NCBI GenBank assembly: GCA_016432425.1
Contig: CP066688.1
Location: 148,368 to 212,367 of the forward strand
Length of the DNA stretch: 64,000 bases
Direction: 5' to 3'
Origin: Candidatus Daviesbacteria bacterium
GTDB lineage: Bacteria > Patescibacteriota > Microgenomatia > Daviesbacterales > UBA10151
Part shown: positions 10,701-20,193 of the stretch, in pieces
Position numbering within the stretch: the stretch's first letter is position 1
Layout: the number at the start of each line of letters is the position of its first letter
Translations under genes and position numbers: made by a program
The notes under the pieces: model-generated
Databases searched by the model: none
What the model saw: only the letters and a program-made list of their open reading frames with translations
What the model was told of the DNA's origin: nothing

Positions 10701-11188
10701 AGCGAGTTGGCATCAATCCACCAAGCGCCTACTGACTGGGGTGAAAATTTGAGAATTTCTTTAAATTTTTTAAAAGCGCTGTCAATTAATTTACGGCGCT
10801 CTTCCAGCGAGTAGCCGGTTAGGAAAACAGAACCGGCATCATGCCAGTTTGTATTTTGATGATAAGTTATTCCCGCGGAAGTGGCCCAAGTGGGGGTTAC
10901 TTCCATTAATAATCCAATCTCATGTTCAGGAGGAATATTTTTTAAAAAATTAACTATTTCATCATCAAATAAAGCATCCGGTCTGACTAACCAGGTAGCC
11001 TCTAATCCCCTATCTTGAATAGCTTCAAATTGTTGTTTGGTAGTAGTGACTGGTTTTTGAGGCAAACTAAAGAAATCACTCCCCCTAATCGGATTAACAA
11101 TGGTGATAAATTTTTCCGAAGCTGCTGATACTGTATCGGCAGCAAAAAGGAAAATTAGACAAATTAGTAAACTAATTAGAAAACGCAC
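7772..11188 (-). CDS. 1138-aa fusion: exported deacetylase/glycoside-hydrolase-like N-terminal domain plus polytopic GT-C-like C-terminal domain
   Basis: Signal peptide, ATWL...HEIGLLMEVTP...PQSVGAWWID; after about aa 490 many TM helices with GPNGHDAIWH and NYHYFYD. Confidence 0.6.
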   Translation of the reverse strand: MRFLISLLICLIFLFAADTVSAASEKFITIVNPIRGSDFFSLPQKPVTTTKQQFEAIQDRGLEATWLVRPDALFDDEIVNFLKNIPPEHEIGLLMEVTPTWATSAGITYHQNTNWHDAGSVFLTGYSLEERRKLIDSAFKKFKEILKFSPQSVGAWWIDANSLIFMKQNYGIVANLDVADQYTTDNYQVWGQYFSTPFYPASRNALVPASGADQKIGVLTIQWAARDPYNSFGNGVLDSTYSVQANDYANPKYHNLTTDYFKKLLRIYLDNPYSSLGQVTVGLENDFSWVEYGKEYINQLETVANLQKTGVKVVTMSDFARRYSALFPTTSPPKIIFAQDPLGGSGAVVWYQTSKYRLGWFYTKDGSVIRDLREYFDSHDEPCLIQACASLNLAMMETKNLDEVSFGDRWLIDEGKISQIEVKPTVLGLQISYLNQANTKRTLEFLPNDIKIDGISRPISVAISQAISSSHQVTKMPHSFQNYLYENIFIVLFKQLKNLMIFLIFSAIFFYLPGLSVLRKTTLTDNEKFILSIPLGICLFTLGAFLLGFVKFYWGLLAIPLISILYLQKNLIRPKISWSREFLISSLLIIGASVVWLLTSVKNGLLFDYGLGFWGPNGHDAIWHFSLAERVKEGLPLQSPNFSNTVLTNYHYFYDLLLGVTSQLTSISVNDLYFRLYPLVLAIFIGILTYLLVNAWSNSRLAAKWSVFFVYFGGSFGWVLSYFKEKSLGGESLFWAQQSISTLLNHPLAISLLLFLAGLVLFQKLNDQKRQQALMIPLIILWGSLIEFKVYGGILVLASLFLLTLIETVKQKYDLIKLTGPMLILSALIFLPNNLAGGTLLIFSPFWLVHSMVDSVDRLNFARLSLARMNGLETGNYFKFLAAEVLGLIIFVIGNLGTRIVVLLSGAKFLKLNRWNLFMGIFLGLSLTIPLLFIQKGGSFNIVQFFYYFIFIFNLLAGISIAFLINQFKSWGKIFALVIVILTIPTTFDTLNHFLPQRPPARISRAELAALDFLRQLPQGVVLNFYYDERLKQKFVEPIPLLAYESTGYVGAFSGQREFLADTVNLNILGVDFRGRLQIAKDIFALREEEIVKRYLQEFKIKYIYTPKIADFTPDQQKFDLKSIYKNEEVEIFQNINL

Positions 11189-12623
11189 TTTTAACCTCCT
11201 GAAGATTTTGGGAAATCTTATCTTTAGCTAAGATAATAATTAGTCCCAGATAAATTGCTGCCCCAGCTATAACCATTTCCAGCAGTGATAAAGTATCATA
11301 GACCAAAAATTGTGAAAAGTAAAAAACTATCGCCCCCATCACCATGCTGGCTACCAGTGGTTGCCAAATATTTTTCCAAATTTCCACTTCCACAAAACGC
11401 TTAACTATGATAATGGTAATAATGGAAGTAAAAGAGATCGCTGCCGAGGAAATCCCCACCCCTATAAAACCATATTTAATGGTTAACAAGGGTGTTAAGA
11501 TCCAGGTAATCACGGTCCAAAAAATCATCAATTTTAAAGTTAATTTTATTTGGCCAATGGCATTTAAAGTATTGGTAAAGGTGGTCGAAAGAGTGGCCCA
11601 AAAAGTAGAAACAGAAAAAAGGTAAAAAACCGGCAAAGCCGGCTGCCATTTATCTGAAACTACGTGGGCTACCAATGAGGGGGCCAGTGCCAGTAAGCCA
11701 AAAAACATCGGGTATAAAAAAAGGGTGGTTAAAAAAAGAGATTTTTCCACTGCCACCTTTAACATTTTTTGGTCTTCTTGTAACCTGGCAAAAGTGGGGA
11801 AACTGACCCGAATGACAATATTCATTACCTCCAGCGGCAAAAAAGCTAAATTTTGAGCCCAAGTGACATAACCTACTCCAACAGAACCAATCATCTTGGC
11901 AATCACCAGCGGTACTAAACGGTCTTTAAGTAAAGAAAGAAGTGAATTTAGTTGATAAGGTATCCCAAAATTAAGTAAAACTTTTGCAGAAGACCGGGAA
12001 AAACCAAAACCAATTTTCCAGGGAGCAAGCAGATAAATCGTCACCACCCCCACCATAGCTCGCAGTAGTGTAGCAGCGGAAAAAGCTGCCAAATCAGCTT
12101 TCATTAATACCAAAATTAGTAGTACCACATTGAAGGTAAGCGTTTCTAAAATCTCCACCCCTACTAAAGGATTAAACTTGAGCTCACGCTCCAATAAGAC
12201 CGAAGGGATCACTTTAAAGGAAGTGATTAAAAAAGATACTCCTAATGCCCTAATCAGCCACATCCCTTGATCATTCAGGTTATAAAGATGAGCTAAAAAT
12301 GGGGCAGAAAACCAAATAACTACCGTCAAAACTACAATCAAAGTTTCTTGAATAGTAAAAGTGGTTCGCAAATCCTCTGCCGTCACCTTATCTTTTTTTT
12401 GAATAATGGCTGCAGCTAAACCAATATCAGAAAAAAAGCTAAAAAAAGAAACAGCGGCGGTGGCAATATTAAAAATTCCCAAAGTACTGACAGATAAGAT
12501 GCGGGCCAGTATTAAGTTAATAGTGATAAAACTAATCGCCTGCAGCGCTACCCGACGGAAAGTTAAGCTTAAGGCTCCAGCCACAGCTCGTTTGGAAATT
12601 GTGGACAAATCCAACTGGTTCAT
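11172..12623 (-). CDS. Wzx-type oligosaccharide flippase
   Basis: ILARIL...FSDIGLAAAIIQ, LERELKF, VGYVTWA, FPTFARLQ; 12+ TM helices. Confidence 0.85.
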   Translation of the reverse strand: MNQLDLSTISKRAVAGALSLTFRRVALQAISFITINLILARILSVSTLGIFNIATAAVSFFSFFSDIGLAAAIIQKKDKVTAEDLRTTFTIQETLIVVLTVVIWFSAPFLAHLYNLNDQGMWLIRALGVSFLITSFKVIPSVLLERELKFNPLVGVEILETLTFNVVLLILVLMKADLAAFSAATLLRAMVGVVTIYLLAPWKIGFGFSRSSAKVLLNFGIPYQLNSLLSLLKDRLVPLVIAKMIGSVGVGYVTWAQNLAFLPLEVMNIVIRVSFPTFARLQEDQKMLKVAVEKSLFLTTLFLYPMFFGLLALAPSLVAHVVSDKWQPALPVFYLFSVSTFWATLSTTFTNTLNAIGQIKLTLKLMIFWTVITWILTPLLTIKYGFIGVGISSAAISFTSIITIIIVKRFVEVEIWKNIWQPLVASMVMGAIVFYFSQFLVYDTLSLLEMVIAGAAIYLGLIIILAKDKISQNLQEVKSAFSN

Positions 12624-14311
12624 GGTTTTTTAATTAATTTGTATACAGCAATAAAAACAGCCGACAATGACAGGAAGGAAATAATATTCGCTAGGGAGCG
12701 AATTGGGCTGTCAAATAGTTTGGCAAAAACCGTATGTTTACCGGCAGGAACTACAAAGGTGGGTTGGCCCAAATCATTTTTGTTGTCAAAAGAAATTTGT
12801 TTTTGATCCAGAAAAACTTTCCAGATAGGAAAATCAATAACCGGCAACCTGACGGTAGCGCTAGAACTACTTTCTATATTAAAGAAAAGCCAATTAGTCC
12901 CCCGCTGAAAATTAGTTACCAGCGCCTGACCTTCTAGAATTTCTGCTGTTTCTAAAGCAGCAGATCCGGGTGGAAATTTGGCAGTTTTGGGTAAATAATC
13001 AAAAATGCCCGCTGTTCTCTGTAAATCCCACAAAGCTCCGGATAACTTTTCCTGATCAGTTAAAGGAATGGGCCGCTCGATCTTAAAGAAGCCCTGATAA
13101 AGCACCAATAAAGCCACCACCATTACTACTGCTAAACCTGATCGTAATTTTTTACTGAGAGGCAAAGCTACCAAGCTACCGGCCACAAAAGAGGAACTAA
13201 AAATAGTCACCGCCAAAAGCCTCCAGGGAAATTGCAAGGTTTGTAAAATTGTTATTTTTTCCCAAATAAAATTAGACCTAGGATGCATTAAAAAAGCCGC
13301 TCCCCAGAAACTTAAACCAAATAAAAATAATATTAAACTCATTTGCCGTTCTTTCCGCCACAGCAACGCTCCTGCGATTAAACAAGCTAAAACCGTACCC
13401 CAATGCAGCCAGCCAATTTGGAAACTCATGCCATCACTGGGCCCCCAAATTGACCCTCCATATCCCCAAAAGGTAGAAATAAATAATTGATTAAGATCTA
13501 CAAAATGAGCTAAATAATTAAAATAGCCAATAAATAAAGTCTCTAAATGAACGTTTTTTCCCTCCAGTAAAACCGGCAAAGAGAAAAAGGCCGAGAGCCC
13601 CCAGCCCCACAGGGCGGCAACCACTAATTTAATGATAACGGAAAGTTTACGCTCCTGCCAAATCCACAGTAGAGCCCAAACTGCCATCAGAGGCGTAAAA
13701 ACTAAAGCCATGGGGTTGTGAGAAGTTAAAAAAAGGCCAGTGGATACTGCTAAAAACAAGATATTTTTTAAAATTGGTTTTTGAATACTTAAATAAATGG
13801 CCAAAAAAACTGCCGGCGTCCAAGCCAGAGACCAGCTTTCGGCCATGGCCCCCCTGACATACACATCCACACTATGGTAAGGAGCATAAACATAAAATAG
13901 GGCTGAAAGTAGTCCCCCTAAATTACCCCAAAACTTTCGTCCCAAGAAAAACATAGATACTGCTGAAACCAGGAAACTTAAAATAAATAAAATTTTCACC
14001 GAAACAATTAAAGCCATTGTGTTAGTAAAAATAGAGACAAATTTATAGATTAGTTCTCCCAAATAATAGGGCATCACGGGATAAAAATTAAACAGGGGAT
14101 AACCGAAACCAAAACCCATATCCGGCACCCAGCGACAAGGTATCTGTCCGTCTCGGAAACAAAAATCCATTTCCCAAATTCTCATCACTTGCAGGTCATC
14201 GTGCATACCAAAATAGCCGGGCTGGAGCAGAGTGGAAAAAGAGGGAATGCTCAGCAGCAAAACCAACATTAACCATTTAAAAGTAGTTGTTTTAATTAAA
14301 TTACTGATCAT
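12620..14311 (-). CDS. GT-C membrane protein (PTPS-related/YfhO-like)
   Basis: RWVPDMGFGFGYPLFNFYP, APYHSVDVYVRGAMAE, LQFPWRLL. Confidence 0.75.
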   Translation of the reverse strand: MISNLIKTTTFKWLMLVLLLSIPSFSTLLQPGYFGMHDDLQVMRIWEMDFCFRDGQIPCRWVPDMGFGFGYPLFNFYPVMPYYLGELIYKFVSIFTNTMALIVSVKILFILSFLVSAVSMFFLGRKFWGNLGGLLSALFYVYAPYHSVDVYVRGAMAESWSLAWTPAVFLAIYLSIQKPILKNILFLAVSTGLFLTSHNPMALVFTPLMAVWALLWIWQERKLSVIIKLVVAALWGWGLSAFFSLPVLLEGKNVHLETLFIGYFNYLAHFVDLNQLFISTFWGYGGSIWGPSDGMSFQIGWLHWGTVLACLIAGALLWRKERQMSLILFLFGLSFWGAAFLMHPRSNFIWEKITILQTLQFPWRLLAVTIFSSSFVAGSLVALPLSKKLRSGLAVVMVVALLVLYQGFFKIERPIPLTDQEKLSGALWDLQRTAGIFDYLPKTAKFPPGSAALETAEILEGQALVTNFQRGTNWLFFNIESSSSATVRLPVIDFPIWKVFLDQKQISFDNKNDLGQPTFVVPAGKHTVFAKLFDSPIRSLANIISFLSLSAVFIAVYKLIKKP

Positions 14312-15804
14312 GGCAAAACTTTATATAAGATAATTGCATCTGGGGCAAATTTGGGATTTAGTGGCTTAGCCTTAGGGTACTGCTTAAGAAGCACTCCTCC
14401 GGCTAAATTTTCTCCCACCCGACCTTTATTGGCCACAAAAAAGGTCTGGTTTTGTTTCGCACTGGCACGCAGCTGCGCCGAGATAGTCGCGCTTCCTCCT
14501 ACCACCCGAATATCTGCTTTGTCTAAATAGATATATAAACCATCCGGCAAGGTACCAAAAAATCCCTCCGTCCCCACCACTACCGGGCCGGATGCTTTTT
14601 GGGCTATTAAATAGTCAGCAATCTCTTTAAAATTATAGCCGGCAGTCCAATCTTCTAAATAGCCTCTTCTTTCTCCAGCCGGTAGATTAGCTTTTTCTGG
14701 TGCAGTTAATATCTGATAATCAAAACTTATCGGCAATGCTATTAAAGCTGCTACAGCAGCAAAAATTAACAACGGTTTTTTTAAGTTAAATCTTTGCCAA
14801 AAATTTTCTAAACCCAAGGCAGCGATAATTAAAAGAGGAGGGACAGAAAAAAGTAAATAGCGGGCAGTAAAAGTTTTCAAAATTGCCATTTGAATAATCA
14901 GCGGAATCAAAGCCCAAAGCAAAATAACTATTGCTAATTTTTGCCTTTTTAAAATAACGGATATTACCCCCCAGATGGTTAATAAAAAGAGGGGCAGGGT
15001 AAAAAGTTTACTGGCAAAATCTACTACATCGCGCAGATGTGGAACAAAAGGATCTAGAGGATGAGTCAATACCTCTGATAAAGAAAACATATAATCATTG
15101 TTGCGCAGTGACAGCTGTTGAAATTCCGGACCCAAACGCAGCAAATTATAAATAGTCAGAGCAATCCCCAAGGCTACCAGCCAAAAAATTAACAGTTTTG
15201 GGAAACTATTTTTTCTGATTTTTTTAAAATCAAGACCTAAGGCTGTAACAGGTAAAATCAGCAGATTCACCATGGCCGGAGTTTTGGTTAAAAGTCCCCC
15301 GCCCAATAGATATCCTAAAATCATTGCCACATCTAATCTTTGCTCCCGCAATAACCAAAGTGCAAAATACGCTGACCAAATAGAAAAAGCTGCCAACATC
15401 GAATCAACCAAAGCCATCCGGTCAAAAAAAACAGTGTAGGGTAAGACGACAAAAAATAAAGTTGCCAAAAGGGCCACTCTACTACCAAATATTTTTTTAC
15501 TTAAAAAAAATACTCCCAGTAAAGTTAAACAGCCAGAAATTACGGAAAGAAACCTACCGGCTAGCAACGGATCGGAGAAAATTTTAAATAAAGGCATCAT
15601 TAACCACATAAAAAGGGGGGTTTTACCATCGGATAAAGGCAAAAACCGCAAACCTGGTTCTGCTCTCATGATTTGTGCCCAACGGATATAAATAGCTTCA
15701 TCAGCAAAAATTGGCTGCAGGGTTAGATTTGGTAAACGGAGGGCAAAATATAAAATTATTAAACTTAAAAAAAATAGGTTAGTCTTGCTTTTCATTAAAC
15801 TCAT
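14308..15804 (-). CDS. ArnT/PMT-like GT-C glycosyltransferase
   Basis: PIFADEAIY, KTPLFMW, RMALVD, LLTK, ARY. Confidence 0.8.
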   Translation of the reverse strand: MSLMKSKTNLFFLSLIILYFALRLPNLTLQPIFADEAIYIRWAQIMRAEPGLRFLPLSDGKTPLFMWLMMPLFKIFSDPLLAGRFLSVISGCLTLLGVFFLSKKIFGSRVALLATLFFVVLPYTVFFDRMALVDSMLAAFSIWSAYFALWLLREQRLDVAMILGYLLGGGLLTKTPAMVNLLILPVTALGLDFKKIRKNSFPKLLIFWLVALGIALTIYNLLRLGPEFQQLSLRNNDYMFSLSEVLTHPLDPFVPHLRDVVDFASKLFTLPLFLLTIWGVISVILKRQKLAIVILLWALIPLIIQMAILKTFTARYLLFSVPPLLIIAALGLENFWQRFNLKKPLLIFAAVAALIALPISFDYQILTAPEKANLPAGERRGYLEDWTAGYNFKEIADYLIAQKASGPVVVGTEGFFGTLPDGLYIYLDKADIRVVGGSATISAQLRASAKQNQTFFVANKGRVGENLAGGVLLKQYPKAKPLNPKFAPDAIILYKVLP

Positions 15805-15835
15805 AAGTTTTATTAATTATTATACAATCTTTTAC

Positions 15836-17230
15836 TTAAGGAAGATTAATCTGGTTTACCAGCAAAATTTTATCCCGATCAGTTCCAATGATAGTGTAAT
15901 CACTAGATTTAATTTTTTGTTCATCTAATCTCCATTGATAGGTGATTATTAAATTAATATTTTCTTCTTTTAAAATCTCAGTTAAAGTTCCCCGCTTAAT
16001 TTGCTGAACTACTTTTCCTGAGTAAAAATTAGCTGAAGGGATAAAATCCCCATCTATATATAAAGGGTCAGCAGAGCTGCTTTGCAAGTAAGAATACTCC
16101 GCTGCCTTTCTGGATAAAATCGCCTCATCCGAAACGTACTTAGAAACATCAATAAATTGGTACCAGGATATTTTTAATTGCATAAAGGAAATATAAATAC
16201 TTGCCAACAAAATTACCCCTATGGCCAATTTCTGCGAAAAAATCCTTTTAATGAATCCAAAAGTTAAACCCAAAGCAGCTAAGATTAGAATTGGGTGCAA
16301 AGGTATTAAATGCCAAATATGGCCTTTGTCAGAAAAAATAAAGGGCAGGAAAAAACTTAAGAAAAATAAAGACAATATCCAAAAACTTCTCGATCGAGAA
16401 AAAAATGGTCCGGCGAAAATTGCTGCTACCCCCGGCCAAAACCATTTTCCCACTCCACTATGCAGGTATTCTTTCATTAACCTTAAATTTTCCCCCAAAT
16501 TAGTTTCTGTCTTAATTCCGGGTAAACCTATCCCCAAATAATGATTTAAAAAATTAGGCTCTTTCGATAATTGATATAAAAACCAACCACCCACAATCAA
16601 AATAAACATCAGCAGCGGCCCCATAAATTCTTTAAAAGAGATCTTTGTTTTCCAGAAAATTAAAATTAAAGCCGGGATAATAGTTAAAGGAACTAAAGTT
16701 TTGGACAGAAAAAGAAAAGACAGGCTAATAAAAAATGGCGGCAAGAATTTAGAATTTTTAGCAGCTTTCAAAATCAGTAATAAACTCAGTAAAAAGAAAA
16801 AAGTCAGAGGAACATCTAAGTTCCCGGACCTGGCTCTGAATAAAAACCAGAAGGAGGAGGGGAGAGCAATGGCTGAGGCTAAACCTATCCAGCGGTTAAA
16901 TAACTCTTTACCTAAAAAGTATACTACTGCCAAACTTGCCAGCCCTAAAATCGCTGAAGTGGCCCGTACCCAAAACTCACTATCACCAAAAGTCTTGATC
17001 AAAACAGCCATTAAACTAAAAACAGCCGGGGGATGATCAAGATAAGAACTGCCATTCCAAGTTAAATTTATAAAATCTCCAGTTTGAGCAATGTTGCGGG
17101 CAATTGAGCCATACCAAGCTTCATCAAAACTGACTAAAGAAGAATCTCCTAATTTATAGAAAAAAAGCGGGGAGAAGATAAGTAGGACCAAGATAACTAG
17201 TAGATTAAATCTCTTCTCAATATTTACCAT
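15836..17230 (-). CDS. ArnT/PMT-like GT-C glycosyltransferase (start probably MVNIEK at 17230)
   Basis: SFDEAWY, DHPP, SEFWVR, ARSGNLD. Confidence 0.8.
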   Translation of the reverse strand: MVNIEKRFNLLVILVLLIFSPLFFYKLGDSSLVSFDEAWYGSIARNIAQTGDFINLTWNGSSYLDHPPAVFSLMAVLIKTFGDSEFWVRATSAILGLASLAVVYFLGKELFNRWIGLASAIALPSSFWFLFRARSGNLDVPLTFFFLLSLLLILKAAKNSKFLPPFFISLSFLFLSKTLVPLTIIPALILIFWKTKISFKEFMGPLLMFILIVGGWFLYQLSKEPNFLNHYLGIGLPGIKTETNLGENLRLMKEYLHSGVGKWFWPGVAAIFAGPFFSRSRSFWILSLFFLSFFLPFIFSDKGHIWHLIPLHPILILAALGLTFGFIKRIFSQKLAIGVILLASIYISFMQLKISWYQFIDVSKYVSDEAILSRKAAEYSYLQSSSADPLYIDGDFIPSANFYSGKVVQQIKRGTLTEILKEENINLIITYQWRLDEQKIKSSDYTIIGTDRDKILLVNQINLP

Positions 17231-17951
17231 GTAAATCATTCCAGCGGATACGGAGGATATCATAAATCGCCGCCAAAGCATCTTTTAAAAATTGCACCCT
17301 CTCGGTATCCACATAATTCCACTCCACCGGCACTTCAGCAATTTTGAAACCATATTTTTTAGCCAAATATAAAATCTCCACATCAAAACCGGCATTAACT
17401 GCTCCTCCCCCGGTATGAACCACCCCCCATTCATCTTTTATTTGGGGGATAATTTTGGCAATGGCAGCCTGGTTAAAAGCTTTAAAACCGCATTGGGTAT
17501 CCCGGAAAGGCAGACCTAAAAATATCGTTCTGATCAGTGTCCAACCATTGGCCATTATTTTTCTGATTAGAGGCGCACCTTTTCTGCCGGCTCGGGAGCC
17601 AATGACAATATCAAAACCGCTCTCAAATTTGGGGAAGAATTTCTCAATCTGATTTAGCGGTGTAGCTTGGTCCATATCGGTAAAAAGAGCAAGCTCTCCT
17701 TTGGCAGAAAGCAGTCCAGTCATGACTGTAAAAGCCTTGCCTCCATGGCGATTTTCTATTAATTTAAAGTTTTTCATATTTTTCATCTGCTGTTTAGCCA
17801 CCGAGGCCGTGTTATCGGAAGAACCGTCATCTACCACCAAAACTTCATAAGGGTAATCCACAGTTTTTAAGTAATTATTAACTTCATTTAATACCCCATT
17901 TTTAATATTTTTCTCTTCATTATAGGCTGGTATAATTACTGATAATTTCAT
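17217..17951 (-). CDS. Polyprenol-phosphate glycosyltransferase (GT2, DPM1/Alg5-like)
   Basis: SVIIPAYNEE, VDDGSSD, FTDMD, DTQCGFKAF, FDVEIL. Confidence 0.9.
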   Translation of the reverse strand: MKLSVIIPAYNEEKNIKNGVLNEVNNYLKTVDYPYEVLVVDDGSSDNTASVAKQQMKNMKNFKLIENRHGGKAFTVMTGLLSAKGELALFTDMDQATPLNQIEKFFPKFESGFDIVIGSRAGRKGAPLIRKIMANGWTLIRTIFLGLPFRDTQCGFKAFNQAAIAKIIPQIKDEWGVVHTGGGAVNAGFDVEILYLAKKYGFKIAEVPVEWNYVDTERVQFLKDALAAIYDILRIRWNDLHGKY

Positions 17952-20167
17952 GACCTAACCTTCCTCGACTCTGGCGGTTTCCCGCTAGGATTATGTATTA
18001 GTTTAAATACTTTTACACCTCTAAACTGTGACTCTTCTTCTACCTTAGCCCAACCAAAGTGGGAAATTTCTTGTTTGGGATGGCCAATTGGCTCACAGAC
18101 AGGATCTTCACAAACCACAAATAACTGCTCCGTTATTTCAAATGGTATTTGAGCTGGTTTGTATCCATACAAACCTAAATAAAATTGATATGCAGCATCA
18201 TAGTTGTTTTTAGCGATCAGGGCAAAATTAAATGGTTTGTCCGCTGATTTCTCAATTACATACTTGGCTATATCCTGTGTCCTCTGTAGTTGGTTATTGG
18301 GCGCAAGAGTTAAGGGGCTTTTTTGTAGATTAAAAACTGCCAGAACTACAATCAAAACCGCGGCTGATATTTTCATTAATTGTTTTAATGGGCCAGTGTA
18401 AAAAAATGCTAAACTATAAAAACTCCCCAGTAGGATAAATGGTACCGGACTGACAAACCCTAAATAGTGGGCATAAACATTTTGTTTATATAAAGCCAAA
18501 CCTAAAAGTGATCCTGCGAGCCAAACACCTAACATTAAATAGGGCCAAGATAAAATACCATCCTTAATTTTTCTCCCGAAAAACAATGCTAAAGGTATTA
18601 AAACTGCAACTGAGGTAATTAAAGTCAAGGTTTTCTCTTGGACTGTCAAGTAAGTGCCAATTAAAGATTCTTGGTAGAGAGGGACAATCCTAAACAGAGA
18701 GTTGACAGGGTTTAAGTTAACAGTAGCCTCCCTGTTACCAAAAAAATTTTGCAAGGCCTGAAAGTTCATAAAATTATGTTTTAAGTCAAAAAGTAGGAGC
18801 GGGGACATTAAAATTAAAAATACCAAAATAGCCAATATTGTTCCCGACCTCACATTTCCTAATTCCCTTTTTTGAGACTTACTATAAATTATTTGATGTA
18901 GCCATAAAACTGCTGCTATAGGAATTAAAATTAAAGCCAGATAATGCATTTGGACAACAAAAGCCAGCGCTCCCCCGCTTAAAATGAGCCAGCGGAAATT
19001 ACCTGTTTGATGGATTTTATATAAACCAAATATGCAAAGTAAGGCAAAAAATGGCGCCGGATTAGGATTCCAAGATGAGCGGGAATAGATGATATTGACC
19101 GGTGAAATACTATAAAGAAAGGCTGCTACCAAACCGGCCTGTTTGGAAAACCACTGGCTCGTTAGATGGTAAATCAACCAGACTGTTAAAATTCCAATGA
19201 CAGCTACCTGGTAAGCTGCCGCGACGGGATTTAGCCAAAAAATAGCCATGGGAATTGCCATCATATAGTAATAAAGGGGGCCTAAATAAATATTGCCAAT
19301 GGAGGTAGGTGGGCCAATAAATGGTAGGTCACGTTCCACTAATAATTTTTTAATTACCAAAGCATCTCTCCCTTCATCGCCCAAAAAGGTCATATATTCC
19401 GGTAGGCGGTAAAATCGCAAAATCGCCGTTAACCCTAAAAGTAACATCAAAATTAGAAATTCTTTTTTATCCAAAAGTACCCACCACAGTTTTAGTAAAT
19501 CTAAATAACTTTTAGCGACCACTTTTAAATTGGCTCCGGTTTGGGTACCGAATTTTCTCGGGTAATGGTGTACTCCCACCTCTAAAATTTTAAAACCCAT
19601 TCTTCGGGCTTTAACCAAAAACTCTATCTGGGTGACTTTTTCCTCCCCCACTAACGGTTGAACTTTTTCAAAAACTTGTTTTTTAATTAATTTAAATCCA
19701 CAAGAATAATCTCTGACATTTAAACCTAAAAGTAGTTTTGCCCCTACATTCCACACATAAGCTCCCACTATTCTGCTGAAAGAGTCCATTCTTTTAAGCC
19801 TATATCCCAAAACTAAATCTGCCTGATCAGCTTTTTCCAAAAGTTTTTTAATCTCGCCAAAGTCAAATTGGCCATCTGAATCGGCAAAAGCTACCCAGGA
19901 AAATTTAGCTGCCTTGAATCCGGTTTTTAGCGCTGCCCCATAGCCTAAATTGTGGGGGTGGGCCACCAATTTAATTTTTCTGTTTGTTTGCGAAAAATTC
20001 TCAACGATTTCTCTGGTTTTATCTTTTGATCCATCATCCACCACCACAATTTCATAATCTTCTAAGGTCAATCCTGTCAGAACTTTTACTGAGTCCGCAA
20101 TAGTTTTTTGGATATTAGCTTCTTCGTTAAAAGCCGGGAAGAAAACAGATAATTTGTCTACACTCAT
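17948..20167 (-). CDS. Fusion of a polyprenol-P GT2 domain and an ArnT-like GT-C domain
   Basis: N-term FPAFNEE/VDDGSKD/ADSDGQ/CGFKLI; C-term FLGDEGRD, LGPLYYY, SRSSWNPN. Confidence 0.85.
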   Translation of the reverse strand: MSVDKLSVFFPAFNEEANIQKTIADSVKVLTGLTLEDYEIVVVDDGSKDKTREIVENFSQTNRKIKLVAHPHNLGYGAALKTGFKAAKFSWVAFADSDGQFDFGEIKKLLEKADQADLVLGYRLKRMDSFSRIVGAYVWNVGAKLLLGLNVRDYSCGFKLIKKQVFEKVQPLVGEEKVTQIEFLVKARRMGFKILEVGVHHYPRKFGTQTGANLKVVAKSYLDLLKLWWVLLDKKEFLILMLLLGLTAILRFYRLPEYMTFLGDEGRDALVIKKLLVERDLPFIGPPTSIGNIYLGPLYYYMMAIPMAIFWLNPVAAAYQVAVIGILTVWLIYHLTSQWFSKQAGLVAAFLYSISPVNIIYSRSSWNPNPAPFFALLCIFGLYKIHQTGNFRWLILSGGALAFVVQMHYLALILIPIAAVLWLHQIIYSKSQKRELGNVRSGTILAILVFLILMSPLLLFDLKHNFMNFQALQNFFGNREATVNLNPVNSLFRIVPLYQESLIGTYLTVQEKTLTLITSVAVLIPLALFFGRKIKDGILSWPYLMLGVWLAGSLLGLALYKQNVYAHYLGFVSPVPFILLGSFYSLAFFYTGPLKQLMKISAAVLIVVLAVFNLQKSPLTLAPNNQLQRTQDIAKYVIEKSADKPFNFALIAKNNYDAAYQFYLGLYGYKPAQIPFEITEQLFVVCEDPVCEPIGHPKQEISHFGWAKVEEESQFRGVKVFKLIHNPSGKPPESRKVRS

Positions 20168-20193
20168 CTTTAAAAGTATACTATACTTAGTTT
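20168..20193. promoter_or_regulatory. Back-to-back bidirectional -10 elements of two probably leaderless genes
   Basis: TATACT on minus (20175-20180) 7 nt before ATG 20167; TATACT on plus (20182-20187) 6 nt before ATG 20194. Confidence 0.6.
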
